The notes below the pieces were generated by a model. It made no database searches. It had not been told where the DNA came from and was given only the letters and a program-made list of their open reading frames with translations. A program made the position numbers and the translations under genes. A stretch of DNA of 64,000 nucleotides from NCBI GenBank assembly GCA_001643675.2, contig LSRY02000064.1, positions 310,001-374,000 on the forward strand, written 5' to 3'. The first letter of the stretch is position 1. Every line of letters begins with the position of its first letter. Source of the DNA: Monocercomonoides exilis PA203. Its lineage: Eukaryota; Protista; Preaxostyla. Shown one piece after another: positions 23,501-36,900 of this stretch.

Positions 23501-26500
23501 TTTAATTCCAGATATATTGCTCCACCATTTCCTTTTGGAGATGAACAGCTTGTAAATGAACAGCGACTTAACAATAAAGAAGCTGTACCGCTTAATGAGC
23601 AAGATATTGCCCCACCATTGCCATTTTCACACGAACACTTTGTGAATTGTACTCTTCCTTCGATGGTGATGCTTTGATCGCTCTCAATGTTTGCTCTTAG
23701 AACTGCTCCTCCATTCTTTCCATTTATATCTGTAAATGAAGATGGTTCAACAATCCTTATTGACGATGATCTTTCAGAACTTATCATCGATGCATTTTCG
23801 CCTCCACATCGGCTGAATGATGAGCCAGCCATTATGAAAGTTGCACCATCTGAGCATCTGACAACACAACAACTTTGCGTTATTGAGATATCTTCAATTG
23901 TAACTTGATTCATTGTGAATGAGGCGGTGCTTGAGATGTCAAACAAAGGATTTGTTGAAGTAATTTGAAGATTAACAAAAGTGCATTGGGTAATTTGTAT
24001 CTCTCCACCTGAAATTGAACAGAATGAAATTGGTATTGAACTTTGAAAAGTCGGACTACCTATTTGGCAAGAAATCAGTTTCATAACATTGGAGTTTTGC
24101 AAAAGAATTGGGTTTTCGCGTTCTTCCAACTCAAAATCAAACAAAAGTGATTGAAACATCACAACATTATTACTTGGAGTTACTGCCATATTTGAAATAG
24201 CACCATTATATCTGACGTTAACTGTTGAAAGTCTGTAAGAATATGAATTAATTGTTAATTCTTCTCCATTAACTGAAGCAACCTCGTCCAAAAGTCCTTT
24301 ATCTTTAATTGTTATTGTTCGGTGTTCATTTGTCAATCGATTGAAAGAATATGAAATCGATTTGCATGCAAGAAGAATGTGCCCACACATGATGTGGTTG
24401 TCTTCTTCGCTGTTCACATAGATCACATCTTGCGCCCGAAACAGATAGTACAAAAGCGAACTGGACGAGTTCTCGCTTTCGCTCCGCAGCTCATCAACAC
24501 CCCAGAGCGAGTTTCGCCCTGTTGCTATCGAGAAAGACCCGCTCCATTTCGTTTCCTCAATCGTATCTTCAAATGACCCGCCTTTCACAAACACATCTGC
24601 TCCCAGCAAAGCCTTGTTGCCTAAAAACACCAAGTTCTTCAGTGAATAATCCACATCCTTCTCGCTCTTGTCAAACTCCAGGTATATCCCTCCTCCGTTT
24701 CCTTCTCTTGCTTCACATTCTTTTTGCTCACATCTGTTTAAAGATAAAGTTCCGCTTCCTCCTAAACGAACATATATGGCACCTCCATTTCCATTGCTGT
24801 TTATACAATTTGTAAATGTTACATTTCCTTCCACATATAAACATTGCCCTGATTCAATTGCAGCAAAAATTGCAACTCCATTGTTTTCTCCGCTTATCCC
24901 GACGAATGATGTTGGTTCGCTGATGTTAACTTTTTGCGCTTTGTTTGCTTTAACTATGCATCCTTCATGTACGTTGCACTGAGCAAAAGTTGATGAAATT
25001 ATTGAAAGTGTAGACTCCACGCCAATTTCGATCAACCCACAATTACCCTGAATACTATTTCCATAAACTGAGATTCTGGTCAATGTAATTGTTGCGTTAC
25101 CAGATGCTTGAATAATGTTTGCTGAGTTAATAAAAGATATTGAATCAACCGAGCAAGAAGTCATTTGGACTTCTCCTCCAGTTGCCTGAATGAGTTTAAG
25201 GTTTGTCTCAGATTCTTCTGCCGAGTAAAAGCAGTTCTTTATCACAATTTTACTACCAGATGAAAGCATCAATTCAGTATTTGGCTCTGTAGTTTCGTTT
25301 GGTAATAAAAATTTTATGATACTAAATGTAATTGAATTTCTATTTGAAGTGGCAGCTTCATTTATGAAGCATCCACCGTTTCTGACCTTTATTGTTCCAT
25401 ATGCATTCGATGAAGACACAAATGAAGTAGTTAGTCCGTTTAACTGAATTGGTTCACTAAGTTCACTTTCTCCAACAATTGTCACAGAATTAATATATGA
25501 TGTCATTCGCGAATGTGCATATTGCACTGTTTTGCAGTGAAGAACTCTGTAACCGCAAAGGATGTGATTGTCGTCACTACTATTTGCAAATATTGTTGTG
25601 GATGGACGTAAAAGATAATAAAGAAGCGAAGTCGATGAGTTTGTCTCTTCTGTTAAGGAACGATCGATTCCCCAAAAACTTATCCTTTTCGTTGTTTCGG
25701 AATAAGAGTTTCTCCATCTTGTAGTTGTAATGACTGTGGAAAAATAAATTCCATCAACGAACACATCAGTACCCTGGATCGCATGGTTGTTCAAAAAAGT
25801 AACTGATTTCACATTGACATCATAATCTCTTTCGTCACCAAATAAAAATACGTACATTCCACCCCCATTTCCTTCCAATGCAGAACATCCTCTTATTTGA
25901 ACCCCGTCCAAAGCAAGCAAACCTGTTCCACTAACTGATATATACATGGCACCTCCGTTCCCCTTTTCAGATTGACAATCTGAAAAGACAACGCTATTGT
26001 TTATAAAAATTTGATCTCTGCTTTCAACTGTTGCGTGCAAAGCACCACCATTTCCCTCTGTTTTTATAGATGAGAATGAGGTTGTTGATTTGATAGCGGT
26101 TGATAATACTTTATTACAACGCACAACTGAACCGGTACTAACATTACAAGAAGTAAATGTTGTTTCCGTCAATTCCATTGTTGCGCCATCTTCCGCTTCG
26201 ATTATTGAGGCCCCTCCAGAAACGCTCACTTCCGACGCTGTAAATTGTTCCATCTTTACAATTGATGAGTCAGAAGCCTTTATAAAACTTGAAGATTCTG
26301 CAAATTGAGCATTGTGAAGAGATCCACGACTTATTTTAACTTCTGCTGAAGATATCTGGAAAACATTCAAAGGAATGGGAACTTCCAAAGAATCTCCAAA
26401 CCGGCAAGACTCAAACTGCATTTTACCTCCATCAACAAGGAATAAAGAAGTAATTACTGTTGAAGCTTCAGCAGAAATTTTGAAAAATATATTTGTGAAA

Positions 26501-29500
26501 GAGATAATTGAATCGCTCCAATTCGGTGGATGATTTATTATTTGTGCATCAGTTTGTACTTCCAAAGAAGATAGTTCGCCATCTGCCAAAATAGCAGTTG
26601 CAACACCAGCAAAGTCAATTGACTTTCCAAGTGAAGTGGTTTCCACAATCCGAATTGTTCGCCGTGTATCGCTTAGTCTTGCGAAAGCATATTGCGCAGT
26701 TTTGCATGGTAAGCATTGGTGGCCGCACGTTCGATGATTATCTTTGCTGGAATCAACATACACAGCATCTTCTGGCTGTAAAAGAAAGTATTTCAAAGAC
26801 GTAGAACTATTTACAGTTGCATCTATATCCACTCCCCACAAAGTTCCATCTGGTGTAGTTGTGGAAAATGTGCCTTCCCACGCATTTGGATCGATGATAG
26901 AAGCAAAGAATGCTCCTTCAATGAATACATCGGGCCCAAGCGTTGCTTCGTTCAATGAAAATGATACTCTCAAAAAAGAAAACGAATAACTTTCTTTTTC
27001 TCCTTGGAGCGTAAGATAAATTGCTCCTCCATTTCCTCCTTCTGCATTTTGATCGTTATCAGAGCTGCTATTCAAATCTATCTTTGGTACAGAGCACTTT
27101 TCAAACAAGGAATTGGAAACAGCAAAATGATCATTCATGCTCAAGACAGCATAAATTGCACCGCCTTTGAGAGAGGTGGATGAAATGGAATTGAAAGATG
27201 CTTTATCGATCTTTACAGATTTAGCATTAATTGTCTGAATTGCAGGGCAATGAGCAAATGAAAGACTTTGAAAGTGGGAGCTTTGAGTAATCTCCAAAGT
27301 TCCTCTTGCATAAATAATAATAAAAGGTGTAGATAAGGCATGTGACTGTTTTTGCGTAAAAAAGCACTTTTGAAATAGTAAAGATCCGCCTTCTGTGACA
27401 GCAAAGAAAGAGGAATCATCTCCATTATATTTTTGCATTTTATTATTCGAAGTGTAACTTGGAGTAGTGTGTATAAACGTAAATTTAACCGCAAGCATTT
27501 TTCCAGAAGTTATAAGAAATACGATATCACAGTCACCAGAATTGTTTGAAGAATTATCATAAGTAGCTTCTCCTGTTGTTGTTTCTCGAGAAATACCATA
27601 GAAAGCAAAATCATTGCAGCCAACAACAACTGCCCCGGCTGAAGTTGGATTTTCAGTTTTTGCATTATTTATATTATGTGTTCCCGGATAGCATATAACA
27701 CTTGCTAGCGCCCCTGCATTCTTCACTGCATATGGGATTGTTTTGCACGGTTTCTCAACACTTCCGCAAGCACTTTCATCCTTTCCTAAAATTGGCCGAA
27801 CAAACACAATAGAAGAAGTTCCACAAGCCTCATTCAACAGACAATCAAGGATGTCCCAGGAAGCACTGGCAAACATGATAGGATTGCTTTGAGATGAGGA
27901 TTCGATCACATTTGCAGATGTCCAAAACTTGCCTCCATTCGTTGAAAGATCGAAGATGTCATTTCCTCCCGCTCCATCAACACTATTCCCACGGAATGTG
28001 CATTGATTGATGTATGTTTCAGAAGTCGATGTATCAGAATTAATTGTTATTGAACCGCCATTCACTTGCGATGAACATGAGATGAATGATAAAGATGTCA
28101 ATTGTGAAGTCCGTGGTGTTAATAAATAAAAGGCTCCTCCATCTGATGCAGAGCATGAAGTGAAATTGCATTGATTGCAAATGAATGTTGAACCTTGTGT
28201 CGCAGTCAAATATACTGCCCCTCCTTTGTCAGTCGCAGAACAGAGTGTAATTGTGAAGTTGTTAATCGTCACTGAAGTTGAGTGAATATCAACAAAAATT
28301 ACACCTCCTTTCCGAGCAGAGCAAGAAGAAGCAGAACAATCATCAATTTTTGCCGTACATCTTCCGCTAATGTGAAGCGCACTTCCATCAAAGGAAGATA
28401 TTATGTTGTTAAAATAGCAACGATTCAGTGTAAATGTTTCTGAAGATGTCCATATTGCACCTCCTCCAGTTTCTGAAATATTCTCCGAATTTGCATAAGT
28501 TTTTGATGCAAGAATCATCTTTTCTTCGATTTCTTCCGAAGAAATTGATCTTTGAATGTAACAAGATGAAATGTTACACCCCAAGATTGAAACATTTGTT
28601 CCATGCAATGAACTTACAGCTGCTCCTGCTCCAGTTGAAGAACAATCAGCAAATGAACAATCAGAAATGCGAATATCTTCAACAGCTTCAGTCGCAATTG
28701 CTCCTCCTCTTGTGCCAAATGCAGTGAATGACGTAAGTGCTGACCCTTCTTCTGCACAACACTGGCTGAAAACAGATCTTGAGATAGTTATGCTTTTTGC
28801 AAAGCCAATCCAGACAGCTCCACCACATCCCATCTCTGCAACATCTATCATGCGAGTTACAATACATTTAATAAAAGTGCACTCGTCAATTGAAACGGTA
28901 CATCCTCTTTCATTGTTTTCGTGTTGAGATGAATCTAATTGTGTACAAGATGCTCCAAATGAGGTAGCAATTCGGATTGCACAACCGTTGCTTGATCCTT
29001 TAAGGCTAGAAAACGAAGTTTTTGAGATCGTGACAGCAGAATTGTCAGAGATGGAAATTGCGTGAGATGGATTAGCTCCAACGAGAAACCGAAATGAGCA
29101 GTCTGTCACTGTAACATCATTTCTGTTGACAATTCGAAGGAGATCACCTGAAAATGAAGTGGAATAATTCGCACTGCCCAAAAAGCGCACAGACGAAAAT
29201 TGGGCTGTTGAAAATTGATCAGATGGAGAAGAAGGAGAAGCAACCATCAAAATGCAACTGTCTTCCGTTGCTCCTGATAGAAGAGTAAAATTCGTGTTGC
29301 AGACAATTATATTTGATGAAGTGTTGAGCTCAATAAAAATAGATGGCTCTTCATCAGCAATTGTGATGGAATCTATTCCGCAATTTGAAGCACTAAATGC
29401 TGCATCGCCAGTCAAAGAGATAAAAGAATCCCCTGTATGAACAATACCAGCAATTATAACATTCGTAAACGAAACGCTGCCATGCGAAGCTTCCAAAAAC

Positions 29501-32500
29501 GATCGCGAAGCCGGATTTGCAACGCTGAGTTGTTTAACTGAGCATTCAGTAAGTGTTACATTTCCATTTCCGTTAAGCACAATAAAAGCGCCAGCTGAAT
29601 CAAAAGGACCAGATTCCACGATAAATGAAAGGTTTGTTGCAGAAAGTGTTCCTTCACCAACAGAAAAAATGCTTTGTCCACATAGCTCGTCTGAAACAAT
29701 GTGTGATAGTATTTGTGACTGACCAATGAGATTTACTGAATTGGATTCATTCACGACAGCGTTGCCTTCTTTAAATGTCTGCGAGTCAAGAGACACATTA
29801 ACAGAAATAAAGTTAAGCGATGCTACGAATTGTATCGAGCGGCAAGGGAAAAAGTAATGCCCACAAACAGGAATATCTTCTCCCCTTTCATTATCAACGA
29901 ACAGCAAATCGGGAGATGCATGAAAGAAGTAGTAAATCAAAGAAAAATCTTCATTTGAAGATTCATCAAATCCCCAAAGCTCTGCTTTATTCGAATTTAT
30001 TGTAAACAAATTTTTAAATTTTGTCTCATCAATGGATTTGTTCAGCATATGTGCTCGAACAAAGATATTTGTTCCTTTTAATGCACTGCACGATATAAAA
30101 GATACTGTACTGAATGAATAATCAAATGTTTCTGATTCTCCTTTCAAATGAAGATTAATTCCTCCTCCGCATCCATTTGGAGCTTGGCATTCGCTGAACG
30201 TTGATTGCTTGATTTCAAAATGCGATGAACTTGAAGACAATGTAACTTTGAGCGCTCCACCACCGCCAGAACTTGAGCTATCTGGTTGTTCAGCTTGAGA
30301 CAAAGATGAACATCTCAAAAACTTGCAACTGCTGTTCACATTTACACAGCTCCCGGCTAAAACTGTGCTTTGAAGAATACTTCCGCAACTGTTCTTTGTA
30401 GATGCATCGCTAAAGTTTGAAAAAGTAAATTCAATAGAAAATGCTCCCGTTGAACTATCAATAAATGATCCTTCAGGAAAATTAACAAAAGAAGCTGATG
30501 AATAGTATGCAGAGACGGAAGCGCTTTGAGTTGTTTTCACAAAGGAACCGCTACTAACCGAAATGTTGCGAATATAAGACAAATCAAATCTGCAAACTCC
30601 ATCACCATTTATGGAAAAGACAGATTGGCAGTCTCGAAATGTTAGCAGAGAGATTGTTGTTGATATTATGTTTAGACTTCCTTTACTTACAGCGGCAATA
30701 GGAAGTGATGTGACAAATGGATTGGCAGAAGGTGAAGTGAAGAGGCAACTGCTAAGTGTTGTGTTTCCTGATGAAATGACAAAAAGAGATGTCACTGAAG
30801 AGGAATGTGAAGAAGGTAAGGAGAATGAGAAAGAAGTTAATGTGAATTGATACTGAAGTGAAAGAGTTGAAGGAATGATAAAAGTTCCATTTGGATGCAC
30901 TATTATCATTGGGAGGCTTGTTTGTTGATTGGCTTTTGAGTGATGTGATGATGAAGAAGATGAAGTTGATAATGATGACATACTTGAAGTGAATGAAACG
31001 GGTTGTGACGTGAACGATACAGCATCATCGACAACGCAACTGCGAACAATGTGAATCGTTGAAATGTTTTGTGACAATCGAGAGTGAGCAAAATTCAAAG
31101 TGGCACAAGGAAGACTTTCATGGCCGCACAATGGATGATCATTTGGAGTATGCACAGTTAGTAAAGACGAAGACGGATTGTTTAAAAGTTGTGTAGTAAC
31201 AACTATTTTATTAAAAGGTCTCAGAAGATAATATAGCAAAGATGTCCCGTGCTCTTGATCATCGCTATCTGCACGATCAACTCCCCAAAAGGAGGTCAAA
31301 GGAGTGCTTTCAGAAAAAGATCTTAGCCATTTATCGCTTTGAATTGTTTGTTCAAAAAGCACTCCATCCACAAACAGATCTATTCCGTATGCTGCCTTGT
31401 TGCTCTCAAAGGAAACGTTGGTAATGGAATAATCAAAACTCGAGCCAGTTCCGGTGAGACATAAATAGACAGCCCCTCCTTTCCCATTTGAAGAGTTTAG
31501 TTCGCAATGCTCAAACAGGCAATCTCGGAGGCTGAACTTTTCGTTCTGCTGGATAGAAACAGAAATTGCTGCACCATTCGTTGCAGAAGAGTGAATATTG
31601 GAAAATGAAGCATTATTGAATATTGCAGATGACGGATGTGTTATGTCCAAAAGTGAATACGATGTTGAAGATGATGAAGAAGACGATGATGACGAAAGTG
31701 TAAATGAAGAAAATACACTGTTTTTGCATAGAAACGATGCTCCATTCAAATGAGATAAAAATGAAAATGAATGATGTGTTTCACTATTTGAAAGAGTGGT
31801 AATATTCTCCATTGAACAGTTGGTGATAGAAAAAGATGAAGATGATGAAGCAAAAGTAATCCAACCAGCAAAATTTGTTGATGTTGCTTCTGAATTCGGG
31901 ACAATTGCTATTGAATTCAATGACAGTTCATCAAAATTTAAAGAGCCTCCCTCGACAAGCACAAAACGGCGATTCAAAGTTGGTCCGTTTTGCGTTACGT
32001 AGCAGCAATGCAATGTCAGCGAAGATGTATCGCTCACAATGAAATAAGAGAGCGTTGACTCGTCGCTATTGCTTGTTGTTTGGAACGATGTTGTATCATT
32101 CATTTCAATTGTCAAATCTGTCAATTGAACAATTCCATTTTGAGTTATTTCCATGACATTCTTCTTCAGAGTTTCTTCATTTCTCAAAATGCATCTCTGT
32201 TGCTGTCCAGAGATGCCGCAAATTGTCATATTGATTTTATTGACTTTAATGGTTTCTGATTCTCTAACTATTCCAGCAACTAAATGTACTTCAATTTTCG
32301 GTGAATCTCCACTTGTACTAAATTGCACAGAACTAAGAGCACTTTTAATGCTGATACAAGGTGTAACTGCGCTTCCGCAACACAGATGATCATAACCCTG
32401 TGTGCCATCAACGTTAACATTCCATGTTTCATCTGCTGAAGCATTCAAACGAAATAAGAAGGGAAGAAGAGAATGCACTTCCTCTTCTTCTTCTTCTTTA

Positions 32501-33784
32501 CCGCAAAACGAGGATTTTGTTGTATTAGATGAAAATGAGCCTGTCCATTTGTCTGCAATAATTTGCGAATGCAAATCTACTCCATTAACAAATACTGAGT
32601 CACCAAATCCTTCTGTCCCTTGCAATCCATCACCATTTGCCTTATTTCCTGTGAATGTTACATCCTTAATTAAATAGTCCGATTGTTGTTCATCGGATGG
32701 TAATTCAATAAAAACAGCTCCTCCACTTTTGATTGCCTTGCAATTTGTAAAATAAACTTTTTCGAATTTAACCGAGCTTTTTCTTTCCAAATGAATCCAG
32801 ACTGCTCCTCCATATATTGCAGAGCAGTTTATAAACGAGCATTCAGCCTGAATTATAAATTTCTTTCCTTTTTGCTGCAGATCTCCTTTCCAAGAGACAA
32901 CTGATCCAGAACCACTTCGACTGGTTATTGTGTTGAATCTCGAAGAATTTTCAAGCGTAACCGTAGAACAGATATCACAGTTAAGCATGCTCCCTGTTTC
33001 GATAGTGACATTGCTAAACGATGAAGAATTGATTTTGAGAAGTGATTCATCATTTATCATTATAAGTGCTTCATTTCCTGTGACTGAAGAAATTGAACTA
33101 TTCGTGATGATTATTTCAGATCCTGAGGATACGTTTGCAAACAAAAATGATCCAAATGAAATGTTAGAAATGTTTGAAGATTGAATTTGTAATATTCCTC
33201 CTGAAGCAATGACAAAGTCCTTTGTTATTTGTTGAGTTCCTGTTGAATCTACGATGCAAGAAGAAAGTTGCATAGTTCCTTTAATAATAATGACGCATGA
33301 AGATTTCGATGAAACTTCTTCATTTATAACGATATGAAGATTGCTAAAGGACAACAAAAGTGATTCTTCGGTTGGTGTAAATGTAATGCAACCATTCTGA
33401 TGGAATTTCAATAGTTCGACAATGCCATTAGATTTAATGGTTAAAGGTCCTTTATTAATAGAAATATCTTCAACAATCGATGCAGATTGAACAATCGCTA
33501 TTGAATGAATCGAATTCTGAGAAGCTAAATCTGCTGCATGTTTCATTGTTTTGCATGATTCGCTTGCGACATAGCAATTATTTTCATCTTGTCCTGAAGT
33601 TTCGTCAACATATATTTCTAAATGAAAAATAATACGAAAATGATGTTATTCTGTTTGATAACAATAAAAAAGAAAATGCGATCACACCATTATCCCCTTG
33701 AGAACGATGGAATTCGGTAAATGAAAGAGTGCTTTGCGAAAATATTTGACATATTGCTAAGATTAGCAAAGAAAATCCAAACAT
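14593..33784 (-). CDS. Giant single-pass surface protein (~6373 aa) with beta-helix (Pmp/pectin-lyase-like) modules and a disordered cytosolic tail
   Basis: Exon 1 (33688-33784) encodes signal peptide MFGFSLLILAICQIFSQS. Intron 33618-33687 (GTGTGA..TTAG) joins in frame to the 6317-aa ORF. There are 13 modules, mostly ~390-420 aa, each opened by YV...D...CG...PC(K/R)(T/S) and containing GGA(I/V) and FxxNxA..G.D motifs. TM ILPYLIALCVLLLILVVVVIVM|RKR lies at ~16565-16630, followed by a ~650-aa S/P/Q-rich tail. Confidence 0.85.
20770..21171. repeat. 402-bp exact intragenic duplication, copy 1 (straddles the start of module 11)
   Basis: Read base for base as identical to 24316-24717. Offset 3546 bp = 1182 codons, about 3 modules. 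The ORF track shows identical shadow ORFs at 20833 and 24379. Confidence 0.95.
24316..24717. repeat. 402-bp exact intragenic duplication, copy 2 (straddles the start of module 8)
   Basis: Identical to 20770-21171; encodes CEAREGNGGGIYLEFD...CGHILLACKSISYSFNRLTNEHRT. Confidence 0.95.
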
Positions 33785-33960
33785 TGTCAAAAAAAATTGA
33801 AAAATGAATTCCAAATAACATTTCTTTTGATCATAACAAATTGAATAATTAAACAAAAGACTTCTAAAGTTGATTTAAATTATGTCCATTGTTTTATTGA
33901 AAATAAATTGTGTGTTATGCTTGAACAAAAATAACAAATTTTGTTTTATTAAAAAAAGTC

Positions 33961-36900
33961 TTATTGTTTCATTTGACCAAAAAGAAGATTTCTTTCTCTT
34001 TGGATTGGGTGATAATAACCTTGAAATGTTGAGCAATGCTGATGAGTATGTACCCTTTGCTCATCCTCCGAATGCTCAGTCACCAGATCGCAAAACGCTT
34101 TTTCATCGTTTGTTCTTCTGACTTGTGATGTTCTCAACATACTGACAAAGTAGAAGAAGAGAGCGCCAAAGCCGCACAAAATGCCAAACAGCACATCGCC
34201 AGTAGCTGTTATGTATCCGCAGAACACGAGCGAGGAGAAGAGGATGATGAAAGAAAACACCGAGAGGATAGTGTAGAAAAAGGAGTAATTTGCTGTTTTG
34301 AGTGTGGTTGGGGAAGAGCGGGCGGAGTAGCTGTATGGAGACACGAAAGGATCAGACACGATGGGAATGGTGAGAGTGCTGTGCATCGGAGGAGACACAA
34401 ACAGACTGGACGAGGTGGATGCGGTAGTAGTGGTGGTGGTAGCGGTGGTTGATAGCGCTGTGCAGGATGAATCGGGTGAGGGAGAGTGACGAGGGTGATC
34501 TGGGAATGATGAAGCACTTGAATGAATGAGATTCGATGAATCAACAGAAGGAGGAATAGAAGACGTTGTTGTTGTCGATGATGATGATGAAAATGTACCA
34601 TTCTTATTGTTATTATGATTATCATCATCATCATCATTGTTATTATCATTGCTTTTGTCTCTTTTATGAGTGTTTTTGCACCAAAGTTCTCTCGCCTTTT
34701 CTGTTCTCTTCTCCTTTTCGACCTGCGCCTGGAGCAGATGGAACAGAATGTATCTGTCCACAAAAAAGCGGACAATACAGAAAAACAGAGAGAGAAAGGA
34801 CAAAATCGGTGCGTGTGACACAAGAATGAGAGATACACTCAGCATAAGCACAATGTCAGCCACTGAGCGCTCGATTGGAATGGCAGACGAGGGCTGAGGA
34901 GAAGGAAGAGAATAAAGTGGAGGAGGAGAAGAAGAGTTTGGTGAAGTGGTGGAATGAAGATTGGTGGAATTAATAGAAGAAGGTGATGATGGTGGAACAG
35001 ATGCTGAAGTGGTTGAAGAAGAAGAAGATGAAGAAGAAAAGACCAAATGAGGAGAAGTTTCAGATGCAGGAACAGCTGCCAACACAGGCGAGCATTCACC
35101 TTCTGTCTGCATTTCAAATCTTTTGATGGTTGCTGAATGGGCGTTGCTGCATTTGTTTGCCTGTTTCTCTATTGAACTTTCTGAAGAATCTTCATTTTTC
35201 ATCATTTCACCACAACTGCTATCTTTTTCTATCACTTCAAAGCCATCGCTGTCATCATCCTTCCTCGTTTTGATCTTCCTGTCCTCTTCTTCCTGCTGCT
35301 CCCTCCACACCTTCAGCGCCTCTCTCCTTTCCTCCTCCCTCTCCCTCTCCTGCTCCTTCCTCAGCCTCCTCGCCCACTTCCCCATCTTCGTCCACCACAG
35401 CATCTTCTTCCAGTTCATAAAGCACACCAGAAACATCTGCGCCGCCTGCGACAGCCTCACCCCGTTCGTCACCAGCGACGCCGCAATCACCAACGAGCAC
35501 ATTTGCACCCTGTTTGCGCTCACCACGGCCAGCGCTATCTGCTTCCAGCCGTCTAATACAGACGATGCCAGCGTCACCACCCCAAACAACGACACCCCCG
35601 CCGGCACAAACAGAGTGTTCAGCACGACAAACAGGCATAAGAAGAGAGTGGTTGTTTTTTGCTCTTTTTGCTTGTCGGAGAAGCCGAGGCGCCCAACAAA
35701 CAGACGCAAAATGGGGAGAAGCAGAGCATTCAGGGCGAGTGTGAGGAGAGAGGAGACAACAGAGGCGATGGTTTCGCCGATGCGGTAGAGAAAAGAGGTT
35801 GTTGGTTGGAGGCGGGTGGGAAGAGAAGGAGAAGAGGAAGAAGAAGAAGAAGAAGAAAGAGAAGAAGAAAAAGAATGTTCGGTTTGTGCTGTTTGAGATG
35901 AAGGCGAAGGCGGTGGTGAATAAATAGAAGACAAAGACTGAGGAAATGGCGGGATGGCTGGGGATGAGTCGTGTGTGTGTGTTGGCTGTCTAATCTTCCC
36001 TTTTCGATTGACAACAAGAATGTTGTGTTTTTGCCTTGCTGCTGTGGAAGTTGGGTAATTCTTTCTTCTGTTTGAAGAAAGACGATAGAAGTAGTTTTTA
36101 GAGCCCTTAAAATAATGTAACGATAAATATTTTAACAAAGAAGGGTTTCAAAAAAAATAATATTTTTCTCTATTTTGTTCAAATAACTAGAAAACCTTGT
36201 TAAATCTCTCGCTTTCTCTCCCCCTGCGCAGACTGTCTGCTTCTCCGCCTCCCGCCCCATTTGTATGCGAACTGTGCTCCAAATAACCACCCGAAAAGTT
36301 TTCTTCATACAAATCAGCAGCAGCGTATGTGGCTTCGGCGATTGAGTCGATCAGCTTCAGAACAGAAGACGAGCCCAGCTGCGACAAAGCTACGACAGGA
36401 ATGTTCCACACGAAGCACAGAACAAACACAGCCACACTCAGAATAAGCAGACGCAGTGTTAATGTTGTCGGGTCGATGGGCTTCTGAGTGAGAGAAGATG
36501 AAGACGAAGATGAAGATGAAAGCGTGTGGTTGCGTGAATGTGAATGATTCGGTTCGATGTGAATTAAAACAAGTATAATTTCGCATAAAGAAGATTGTGG
36601 TTTCATAAAGTTAAAATAGATTGGGAAATATAAGCAATAAAAAAGCATACGGTTCATAAAAAAATGTATAAATAGCTTCAAAAAACACTCTAACAACACA
36701 TCCAAACCTGTGACCATTTAATCATTGATGCTTCAGGCGGACAGCTCAGCTCACACTGCTTAGCTTTGTGTTTTTCTGTTGTAAGAGACAAACGAGTGTA
36801 TGGAACAGAAGAAGAAGAAGACTCATAACCAGGGGCCGATGTTGGGATGTGTGAAGATGATGAGATATTTGTGGATGAAGATATTGCTGTTGAGGAAAGA

